A stretch of 64,000 bases of DNA, taken from assembly GCA_046328525.1 (NCBI GenBank), contig JAXLWK010000004.1, positions 212,221 through 276,220 on the forward strand, in the 5' to 3' direction. The translations under genes and the position numbers were made by a program. Under the pieces are notes generated by a model. The model was not told the origin of the DNA and searched no databases. It saw only the letters and a list, made by a program, of their open reading frames with translations. The first letter of the stretch is position 1. Each line of letters begins with the position of its first letter. Positions 1 to 8,034 of this stretch are shown here, in pieces. The stretch comes from Anaerolineae bacterium. Its GTDB lineage: Bacteria > Chloroflexota > Anaerolineae > Epilineales > JAHCIE01.

Positions 1-866
1 GTCTTTAGCTCATCCTCGCTCAGAGCGGCGGTGAGCGTGCGGCGGAGCGCGGACAGGTCAATGCCCTCGGTGCCGGGCAGCTTCGGGGCCTCCGCCAGCG
101 CCGCCGCGTCCCCCGCCGCCGGCGGATCGGGGCGTTGGAGGGCCGCGGCGCGCGCCTGGATCGAGCGCAGGCTGGCTCTGAGCGCCTCGATGTCGTGCTT
201 CAGCGCTTCCAGGTTCTGCGCCAGCGGGCCGTCCAGCGACGCCGCTTGCAGGTCGTCCAGCAGGTCGTAGAACTGCCGCTCCTGGGAGCGTTGCGCCGCC
301 ACCGCGACGGCGCGGCTGTAGAACTCACCGGGCGTCGGCCCGTCAGCGTACTCTACCAGTGTCACGTGCGTCAGGCCCGTATCCCCAGCCACATAGTCGG
401 CCACGGCGTGCACCATCACCTCGGCGGCGCTCGCCGGCGGCATGCGGGCAAAGCCGGTGGCGAGGGCGGGCAGGGCGAGGGTGCGCGCAGACAGGGCATC
501 GGCCAGCTTCAAGCACCGCAGCATCGCCTCGCGCAGCTGCGCCTCGCCGGCGTACACCCCTCGGTCGAAGTCAACGACGACGACGAATAGGATGTACTGC
601 GCCTGAAGCGCGCCGGCGGTCGTCGCCACCACATCGCCCAGCTGCAGGGCGGTGTGCTTGCGCGCATCCTCCCACACCGCCGCACCGCCGGCCTTCAGGA
701 GCGCCAGCGACGCCCCGCCGCCCATCGTCAGGTAGTTGTCGTCGGAACAGACGAGGGCGTCCGCCTCGACCGCCGCGATGTCGCCCCGCGTGACGCTGAC
801 GGTCGTGTGGCGAAACTGAAAGTCCGAAATGCTCTGCCCCGTTGGGACGCTCGGAGATGCGCCCAT
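1..866 (-). CDS. Macro (ADP-ribose binding/processing) domain protein with a C-terminal extension carrying an effector-associated-domain-like helix; 3' end runs off the window start
   Basis: My own translation of the minus strand from ATG at 864-866 gives MGASPSVPTGQSISDFQFRHTTVSVTRGDIAAVEADALVCSDDNYLTMGGGASLALLKAGG... These are classic macro-domain motifs (GDI..ADA.V...N..L..GGG....AGG). After the macro domain comes a helical region ending ...GIDLSALRRTLTAALSEDELK at the window edge. It is absent from the ORF track because no stop lies inside the window. Confidence 0.6.
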   Translation of the reverse strand, partial: MGASPSVPTGQSISDFQFRHTTVSVTRGDIAAVEADALVCSDDNYLTMGGGASLALLKAGGAAVWEDARKHTALQLGDVVATTAGALQAQYILFVVVVDFDRGVYAGEAQLREAMLRCLKLADALSARTLALPALATGFARMPPASAAEVMVHAVADYVAGDTGLTHVTLVEYADGPTPGEFYSRAVAVAAQRSQERQFYDLLDDLQAASLDGPLAQNLEALKHDIEALRASLRSIQARAAALQRPDPPAAGDAAALAEAPKLPGTEGIDLSALRRTLTAALSEDELK

Positions 867-1035
867 ATTGCCCTCCCTTGAGAATGGGCCTGGGCCGCCG
901 CAGTCCAGACCCTTCGCTTCGTTGCTCAGAACACAAGTTGCGGTGTCGCTGCGAGGAGGGCGACAGCCCGACGAAGCAGCCTCCCGGTCGGCGACAGACC
1001 CGCCGTCGCCGCTTAGGCGCACTCTAGCAAGGCCG

Positions 1036-1068
1036 GGAGATTGCTTCGCTACGCTCGCAATGACGCCA
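1036..1068. repeat. Half-copy of a MITE-like family with GTCATTGCGAG / CTCGCAATGAC terminal inverted repeats (family C)
   Basis: gagattgcttcgctacgctcgcaatgacgcc matches the 3' half of the elements at 11495-11625, 14578-14835, 39718-39800 and 61588-61702. Confidence 0.6.
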
Positions 1069-1137
1069 CTGGTCTCTGTTACCGTACCGCGGCGCGCTGT
1101 CACACGGCACAGGGTTCTCGGGGTGACGCCTGCACCT

Positions 1138-1941
1138 CTAGAGCGCGAAGACGGCGCGCGCGTTCTGGTGGAGGAACATCGCGCTGGTGTCTTCGTCCAG
1201 CCCAAGCAGGCTTAGCTCCGCCAGACAGGCCGCCGGCGTGAGCATCGGGTAATTCGTGCCAAACATCACCTTGCGCTTGCCGTTCGTCTTGATGTACGCG
1301 ACCAACTCGGCCGGATAGCGCTTCGGCTTGTAGGCTGACGTATCTATGTAGACGTTCGGGAACTTGGTCGCGAACGCAATCATCTCGACGTGCCACGGGT
1401 AGCCGATGTGGCCGCACACGATCGTCAGGTCCGGGAAGTCCAGCGCAACACGCTCGATGTGCAGCGGGCGGCCGGCCTCCGAGCTGCGCAGGGGGCCGGT
1501 CAGCCCCACCTGCAAGCACACCGGGACATTGAGCTCGACGCAGGCGGCGTATAGTGGGTAGTAGAGCGCGTGCGTGCACGGCAGCTCCCACAGCCACGGC
1601 ACGACGCGCAGGCCCTTGAACCCGTGGACGGTCACGTACTCGCGCAAGGTCCGCACGGCGGCGACGGGGTCGCGCAGGTCAACCGATGCGATGCCGACGA
1701 ACAGGTCGGGGTAACGCCGCGTAACCTCCAGCACCTCCTCGTTGGTGATGAGCGGGCCGTTGGGGCCATACCAGGCGCAGATGAGCGCCTTCTCGACGCC
1801 CGCCGACTGCATGGCCTCGACGGTGAGCTCCAGCGGAATCTCGTCGCTCGTCAGCCCGGTCCACCGCCTCAGCGACTCGAAGTACGGCTCGGCGAGGAAG
1901 CGCTGGGTTGGATGCTGCGCCCAAACATCAATGACGTTCAT
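1138..1941 (-). CDS. Amidohydrolase family 2 (ACMSD/2-pyrone-4,6-dicarboxylate hydrolase-like, PF04909) protein
   Basis: 267-aa ORF MNVIDVWAQHPTQRF... ending ...FLHQNARAVFAL, the typical TIM-barrel metal-dependent hydrolase signature. Confidence 0.75.
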   Translation of the reverse strand: MNVIDVWAQHPTQRFLAEPYFESLRRWTGLTSDEIPLELTVEAMQSAGVEKALICAWYGPNGPLITNEEVLEVTRRYPDLFVGIASVDLRDPVAAVRTLREYVTVHGFKGLRVVPWLWELPCTHALYYPLYAACVELNVPVCLQVGLTGPLRSSEAGRPLHIERVALDFPDLTIVCGHIGYPWHVEMIAFATKFPNVYIDTSAYKPKRYPAELVAYIKTNGKRKVMFGTNYPMLTPAACLAELSLLGLDEDTSAMFLHQNARAVFAL

Positions 1942-2064
1942 GCTGCGACCGCCTTGTTGTGCTCAAGCTGTCGTGTGCCGCGAAGCCGCCGGACCACGAC
2001 CGCCGCGAAAGGATGTCCTCGCCTGCTATCAACGGATAGGTAACGGATAAACAGATAGACTATC

Positions 2065-2338
2065 GTAGGCTGAAGCCTACGGCTAGGAATGCAAGCCCAA
2101 GGGGCTGCCGACGCCACAAGCCTCTCAGGCTTCCATTTTGTAGCCCGCTGCTTCAGCGGCGGGCGGCCCGACCCCGGAGCATCGCTTTGCGGCAGACCAC
2201 CGTAGGCTGAAGCCTACGGCTAGGAATGCAAGCCCAAGGGGCTGCCGACGCCACAAGCCTCTCAGGCTTCCATTTTGTAGCCCGCTGCTTCAGCGGCGGG
2301 CGGCCCGACCCCGGAGCATCGTTTTGCGGCAGCAGGAT
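2065..2338. repeat. Tandem duplication (2 x 137 bp) of a dispersed intergenic repeat (family A) bounded by the hairpin GTAGGCTGAAGCCTAC
   Basis: gtaggctgaagcctacggctaggaatgcaagcccaaggggctgccgacgccacaagcctctcaggcttccattttgtagcccgctgcttcagcggcgggcggcccgaccccggagcatcg occurs twice back to back. Related copies are at 7879-7987 (reverse), 35097-35207 (reverse) and 44965-45075, with a fragment at 23150-23200. Confidence 0.85.
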
Positions 2339-2358
2339 GGCTATCCGTCCGTATCCGT

Positions 2359-5195
2359 TTACCCGTTCTTATCCGTTGACAGCCCCTCCCCCATCGGCAG
2401 CGCGGCCTGGCCCTGGGCGGCGGCGCGCTGGAGGTTGAGCGCCAGCAGCCGCGCCAGGATGTCCTCGTCGCCGAGGTCGCGCGGCCAGCCGTAGGCGTCC
2501 AGGACGGCGGCGTCGAGCTTCTTGTGGGCCAGGTCGAGCCAGGCCGGGCGCGCGTTGTAGAGGTTCGTGAGGGTGCGCTTCTTAAGCTCGGCGTCTGAGG
2601 CGTCGGGCGGGTTGAGCCAGGCGTCGCGCTTCTCGACAAGCTCCCGCGCCGCCTGCGCGATGGCCCCGACGCGCGCGTCGTCCGGCGGCTCCTGGCCCGG
2701 CGGCCACGGGAACGGGAACGTCTCGAAAGTGGTCGTGGGCGTGTAGCGGAAGCCGCTTTCCGCTTCTCGAAGCTGCGTTCCCATGCGACGCGCCCATAGC
2801 TCGTGCAGCCTTGAGTGCAGGACGCCGAAGAAATAGTCATCGTCGCGCACGATAGCAATTGTTGCTGAATCTGCTAGGGTCTCACGGCTAACCCATGTGA
2901 AAATGCGGTGCTTGGAGACTCGGGGCGTAACTATGTACCGCTGCAATGAAAGAACGGCAGCTCGAAACGCCGGGCGTGGTTCCATATGAATCCACCACCG
3001 CTCCCGATACGCTGCCCGATTGTTTTTCAAGCGTTCGGGATAGACGTTAGATTGCACATGGGTAAAAGGCTGCTCGTAGAGCGCTGCGTCCTCTTCAGGC
3101 ATATCCACGCCAAAATCAACAATCCACATATAGCGAGGACGGCGCGTAATGTCAAGGCCGTTCGCCCACGGTCGAACCACGTCGCTGTTGGGGCGACCAT
3201 TCGGGTTGCCGACAGCCGCAAGCATCTGCTGCGCAACATCGTGCGGTATGTCGAACGCCCCCCCTTGGTGTCGCCCATGTACGCATGGTTGAAGTTCTCA
3301 GCCAGCCGTTGCGCTAACGTCAGATTGAGAGTACCGGTGAGATTCGGGTTGATAGCTTGCACAGTGTTATCATCAAGCGTGCGTTCAACCTCACTGCCCT
3401 TGTCGAAGCCAACCATCGAGACCTGAACGGCTGCTCCGCCCTGAATCCAGCGGCGGTCGCTCCAGGCCATGAAGACATCACCCGTTTCCTTGATTCTCTC
3501 AAGCACGCGGCGGTTGGCACCGCCGCGAATGGCTTGCGTCGCCAATAGGCCGGCGCGTTTGGCTGTGTCCGCCGCGATCATGGCGCGGGCCTTCTCGAAC
3601 CAGTAGGTCACCAGGTCGGCCTCACGCGGCACGCGGCCATCATAGAGCGTGAACAGGTCGTCAACATACTTGTCGCCCAACTCGGCGCGCAGGCGCTTGC
3701 CGCCGAGGAAGGGCGGGTTGCCGATGATGACGTCGGCGGCGGGCCAGGCCGGCTCGGCGGGGCGACCGGCGTCGTCGAAGGCCAGGATGGCGTCCATCTC
3801 GCGGATGTTGTCCAGCGGTTTTAGGATTGGCTCGCCCGGGAAACCGTAGCCGTTGTCGTGCAGCCACTGGAGGTAGCCGATCCACACCGTCGCCTGGGCC
3901 AGCTGCTGCGCGTACTCGTTGATCTCGATGCCGTAGAGCTGCTCGGGCGAGACGCGGGGGAAGAACGTGTTCAGCCCGACCTCGCCGGCGAAGGTGCTGA
4001 CCGTCTTTTCGAGGTCCAGCAGCTCCTTGAGGGCGACGTAGAGGAAGTTGCCGCTGCCGCACGCCGGGTCCAGCACCGTGATCGCCGTCAGCCGCTCCGC
4101 AAAGCCCATCACCAGCGCCGTTAGCTCGTTCTGGAGGCGCGTCCGCGCGGCGCCCGCCGCCCCGTCGCGCCGCCCGGCCAGCTCCCGCGCCCGCGCCTGC
4201 ACCTCCGCCCACTCGCGGCGCAGCGGGGTCATCAGCACCGGCTCGACAATCAAGAGGATGTCCTGGCGGCTGGTGTAGTGGGCGCCGAGCTGGGCGCGCT
4301 TGTCCGGGTCCAGGCTGCGCTCGAACAGCGTCCCGAACACCGACGGCTCGATGCTGGACCAGTCCAGCGCTGTGAGGCGGTCCAGGATGGCGAGGCCCTC
4401 GGAGCCCAGGTCGAGCGCGGCGGCGTCGTCGAACAGCCCGCCGTCGAAGTGGCGGATGGCGTCGTAGCCAAAGACACCGCCGCTGGACATGGCCTCGAAG
4501 AGCTGGCGCAGAGCGCCGCTGAACTGCGCCGGCCGCCCGCGGAGGTTGTGCACCAGGCGCGTGAACGCCTCGCGGGGGAGGAGGTCAATGTCCTCGGCGA
4601 ACAGGCAGAACAGCAGGCGGATGAGGAAGTGGGCGGCGGCGTGGGCGTCTGCGCCCTGCCCGCGCAGCAGGTCGGCCAGGTGGGCGAACTGGCGCGCGGC
4701 CTCCTGGGTGACGCTCTCCGGCGTCTGAGGCGTCTTGAAGGCGTCGGGATTGGTGAAGACGTCGCGCAGCCGCCGCAGGCCGTCCGGTGTGAGCAGGTCG
4801 TCCAGGGTGAGGATCACCTGCTGCTTGACGGTGTTGGTGAAGTTGGTGTGGACGACGATGCGCTCCATGTCGGAGACGACGAGGAGGGGCGGGTTCTCCA
4901 GCGCCTCGCGGTACTGGAGCAACTGCTGGTACGCCTTATCGAGGTTGGCGTGCCGCCCCTTGTACTCCCAGGCGAAGAAGCCGCGCTTGTACACGTCGGC
5001 CCAGCCCTGGCCGCCCTTCTGCTTGCTCGCGCCGGCCTCGAAGGTAAAGCGCGTGCCGGTCGGGTCGTCCTCGACCGGCGTGGGGTGGCCGACGAGGCGG
5101 CACAGGTCAATGAAGTGCTCCTGGTAGCCGGAGCGTTCCTTGACGGCGGTCTGCCGCCACTTGGCGACGAAGTCCTGGGGTGAGAGGTCGGGCAT
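2359..5195 (-). pseudogene. MmeI-family Type IIL restriction-modification enzyme (N-terminal PD-ExK nuclease, gamma-class N6-adenine methyltransferase, C-terminal target-recognition domain), split by a -1 frameshift in a G7 homopolymer at 3258-3264
   Basis: ORF 3027..5195 has an MmeI-like N-terminus (HFIDLCRLVG..., GWADVYKRGFFAWEYKGRHANLDKAYQQLLQY, LLVVSDMERIVV) and MTase motifs I (VLDPACGSGNFL) and IV (IIGNPPFLGG). Its frame degenerates after ...NHAYMGDTKGG. The downstream ORF 2359..3225 (MLAAVGNPNGRPNSDVVRPWANGLD...) continues the protein in the +1 frame. Inserting one G into the G7 run (C7 on the plus strand, 3258-3264) restores a continuous reading frame of about 946 aa (...GDTKGGAFDIPHDVAQQMLAAVGNPNG...). 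Confidence 0.75.
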
Positions 5196-5214
5196 GGCAA
5201 GAGGATAGCAGAGG

Positions 5215-5500
5215 CACGACCTGGGGTCAAGCGCCCGGCCCTCACCCCCCTACCCCCCTCGCCCGCTTTGGGCGAGGGGGAACGGCGCGTTCTGCCCCCC
5301 CTCTCCCAAAATGGGAGAGGGGCAGGGGTGAGGGACGCTCCACAGTATAGCGTGGAAGAGCCGAATTCACCCCCCCATCCCCCCGCCGGCGGGGGGAGCA
5401 GAGGGGGGTCTCCACGCTATTGTGTAGAGCTACCGGGGTGAGGGACGGCCGAGGGAAATTCACGCCCCCGTCACAAATCGCGTCCCGCGCCGTTATATGT
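5215..5500. repeat. Cluster of GC-rich REP-like palindromic elements (family D: ccctctccca-NNNN-gggagagggg...gggtgaggg)
   Basis: Hairpins ctcgcccgctttgggcgaggggg, ctctcccaaaatgggagaggggcaggggtgagggac and ggggggagcagagggggg. The same family occurs at 15985-16095 and, in-frame, inside the CDS at 29855-29965. Confidence 0.7.
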
Positions 5501-5652
5501 AGCAGGGGTCGCCCCACCTTACGAATACACCTTCTAGCCGGTTCCGGCTAGACTCATGGGTTGGCGAAACGTGCTGCAGAGACGCGCCGTGGCGCGTCTC
5601 TACATGAACACATACATGTGCGTCTGGTCTTCGCGCTAGGAGGAGTCGGAGC

Positions 5653-7839
5653 ATGAGGCGAGGTATTGTGGCGCTGGCTGCGCTGCTGCTGGCGGTCGTC
5701 GCGGCGGCGGGGGGGCCGCGCCCGGCGGGGGCCGAGCTGCCCCAGCCCGACAAAGTCTTGTTTACGATCGGGTCGCAAGCACCCGTGGGTCAGTTCGATT
5801 ATCCGGGCGGCGTGGCCGTCGGGCGCGACGGCACGATCTACGTCGCCGACGCCATCAACAACCGCGTCCAACGCTTCGCCCCGAATGGGACGTTTGTGGG
5901 CGCGTGGGGCGAGCAGGGCGCGGGCGACGGCCAGTTCCAGCGCATCGGGGGCATCGCCGCTGCGCCCGACGGCTCGCTGGTCGTCACCGACATCGTCAAC
6001 GGCCGCGTGCAGCATTTCTCCGCCGCCGGCCTGTACCTCGGCCAGTTGGGGAGCGCAGGCAGCGGTGACGGGCAGCTCAACAAGCCGCGTGGCGTGGCCG
6101 TCGGACCCGACGGCACGGTCTACATCGCCGACACGTTCAACAACCGCATCCAGCGCTTCACGGCCGCCGGGGCCTACCTGGGCCAGTGGGGGACGCGGGG
6201 CGCCGGCGACATGCAGTTCAACCTGCCGCGCGGGGTCGCCGTGGCGGCCGACGGCACGGTGTATGTCGCCGATACGGCCAACGGGCGCATCCAGGTCTTC
6301 GACGCCGCCGGGACCTTCCGCGGGAAATGGGGCGCTGCCGGCGCCGATGATGGGCAGTTCATCTCGCCGACCGGTGTGGCCGTCGCCGCCGACGATACGC
6401 TGTACGTCGTGGACAGTAGCAACCACCGCGTGCAGCATTTCTCGACGTTCGGCGTGTTCCTGGACAAGTTCGGCGTCTACGGCCACACCATCGGCCAGCT
6501 TGCCGCGCCGGAGGGCGTCACCGTCGCCGGCGACGGAGCGATCATCGTCGCCGACACGTACAATCACCGCGTCCAGCGCTTCTGGAAGGACGGCAGCGTG
6601 CTGGGCGTCTGGGGCAGCCAGGGGATGTCGAGCACGCAGTTCGACCACCCGCAGGGCCTCTCAGTCGCGCCGGACGGGACGGTGTACGTCGCCGACACCA
6701 CCAATCACCGCATCCAGCGCTTCACCGGCGAGGGCCTTTTCTTCAGCAAGTTCGGCGGCGTCGGGAGCAAGCCGGGCCAGTTCCAGGGGCCGCAGGGCGT
6801 CGCCGTCGCCGCCGACGGCACGGTGTACGTGATTGACACCAACAACTACCGCATCCAGCGCTTCACTGCCGATGGCGCGCTCCTCGCCACCATCGGCGGC
6901 TTCGGGCACGGCGACGGGCAGTTCATGGTGCCGAACGGCATCAGCGTGGCGCCGGACGGCACGGTCTACGTCGCCGACGACAGCAACAACCGCATCCAGC
7001 ATTTCGCCGCCGATGGGACGTTCCTGGGCAAGTGGGGCAGCTTCGGGCGCGGCGACGGCCAGTTCCAGTACCCCCACGGCCCGGCCGCTGCGCCGGACGG
7101 CACGGTGTATGTCGCCGACACGGGCAACAACCGCATCCAGCATTTCGCGGCGGACGGGACGTTCCTGGGCAAGTGGGGCAAGGGCGGCGCCGGCGACGGC
7201 CAGTTCAACACCCCGCAGGGCCTGTCGGTCGCGGCGGACGGGACGGTGTTCGTGGCCGACTCGGGCAACAACCGCATCCAGCGCTTCGCCGCCGACGGGA
7301 CGTTCCTGGGCAAGTGGACCGGCGGCGACACGCCGCTGACCACGCCGCGCGGCATCGCTCTGACGCCCAACGGCCTGGCGTGGGTGACCGACACGGACAA
7401 CAGCCGCATCGTCGTGTTCGGGCCGGAGGCGCTCGACACGTGGCGCGGGGAGTACTACGCCAACCGCTGGCTCGCCGACGCCGCCGTCTTCATCCACAGC
7501 GACGACAACCTCGACCTGCTGTGGGTCGAAGGGTCGCCGGGCGGCGATGTGCCGTCGTCGAACTGGTCGGCCCGCTGGGAGCGCGTTGTGACGCTGGATG
7601 CGGGGCTGGGGGTGTTTACGGTGGAGGCGGACGGCGCGGTGCGCGTCTGGGTGGACGGCCGGCTCATCGCCCAGCGCAGCGCCGGGGCGGGGGCCATCAG
7701 CGGCTTCCTGCCCCTGGCGGCCGGCCCGCACCGGGTGCGGGTGGAGTACGCCCACGAGAGCGGCGCGGCGTCCGTCGCGGTGCGCTGGCAGACGACCACC
7801 GTCAATAGCTTCCTGTTCCTGCCCCACATCACGCGGTAG
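5653..7839 (+). CDS. Secreted NHL-repeat (six-bladed beta-propeller, ~12 repeats) protein with a C-terminal PA14 domain
   Basis: SD AGGAGGAG upstream. Signal peptide MRRGIVALAALLLAVVAAAG. Repeated units ...GVAVG.DGTVYVADT.NNRIQRF.... C-terminus WRGEYYANRWL...SARWERVVTLDAGLGVFTVEADGAVRVWVDGRLIA...AGPHRVRVEYAHESGAASVAVRW matches the PA14 pattern. Confidence 0.8.
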   Translation: MRRGIVALAALLLAVVAAAGGPRPAGAELPQPDKVLFTIGSQAPVGQFDYPGGVAVGRDGTIYVADAINNRVQRFAPNGTFVGAWGEQGAGDGQFQRIGGIAAAPDGSLVVTDIVNGRVQHFSAAGLYLGQLGSAGSGDGQLNKPRGVAVGPDGTVYIADTFNNRIQRFTAAGAYLGQWGTRGAGDMQFNLPRGVAVAADGTVYVADTANGRIQVFDAAGTFRGKWGAAGADDGQFISPTGVAVAADDTLYVVDSSNHRVQHFSTFGVFLDKFGVYGHTIGQLAAPEGVTVAGDGAIIVADTYNHRVQRFWKDGSVLGVWGSQGMSSTQFDHPQGLSVAPDGTVYVADTTNHRIQRFTGEGLFFSKFGGVGSKPGQFQGPQGVAVAADGTVYVIDTNNYRIQRFTADGALLATIGGFGHGDGQFMVPNGISVAPDGTVYVADDSNNRIQHFAADGTFLGKWGSFGRGDGQFQYPHGPAAAPDGTVYVADTGNNRIQHFAADGTFLGKWGKGGAGDGQFNTPQGLSVAADGTVFVADSGNNRIQRFAADGTFLGKWTGGDTPLTTPRGIALTPNGLAWVTDTDNSRIVVFGPEALDTWRGEYYANRWLADAAVFIHSDDNLDLLWVEGSPGGDVPSSNWSARWERVVTLDAGLGVFTVEADGAVRVWVDGRLIAQRSAGAGAISGFLPLAAGPHRVRVEYAHESGAASVAVRWQTTTVNSFLFLPHITR

Positions 7840-7878
7840 CCAGAGCATTTTGTGGTAGCGTTTTGTAGCGCCAGCAGG

Positions 7879-7987
7879 TCCGCCCGCCGCTGAAGCAGCG
7901 GGCTACGAATGGAAGCCTGAGAGGCTGAGGTTCCGGCTCCCCAGCCCCTTGGGCTTGCATCCTTAGCCGTAGGCTTGAGCCTACGGC
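7879..7987. repeat. Family A dispersed repeat, reverse orientation
   Basis: gtccgcccgccgctgaagcagcgggctacgaatggaagcctgagaggct...cttgggcttgcatccttagccgtaggcttgagcctacggc is the reverse complement of the 2065-2338 unit. Confidence 0.8.
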
Positions 7988-8034
7988 GGCCGGCGGCGAC
8001 GCGGCCCAGGGTTATTTACATGGGCGCGGCAGGC

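Noticed and set aside
2040-2340. Possible CRISPR array or rRNA fragment at the 137-bp direct repeats
   Set aside because: Only two contiguous identical units with no spacers, a 137-bp period, and the same unit is dispersed singly elsewhere. This is a MITE/REP-like repeat, not CRISPR.
5554-7848. Long minus-strand ORFs (5554..6648, 6661..7848) antisense to the NHL-repeat gene, and similar antisense or overlapping ORFs elsewhere (8639..9409, 9031..10041, 13401..14612, 14714..15691, 25698..26396, 28694..30061, 31711..33390, 43927..44898, 45164..46288, 49922..51556, 56107..57036, 60175..61632)
   Set aside because: High-GC shadow ORFs: low-complexity Arg/Ala/Gly-rich translations, no SD, and fully overlapped by well-supported genes on the other strand.
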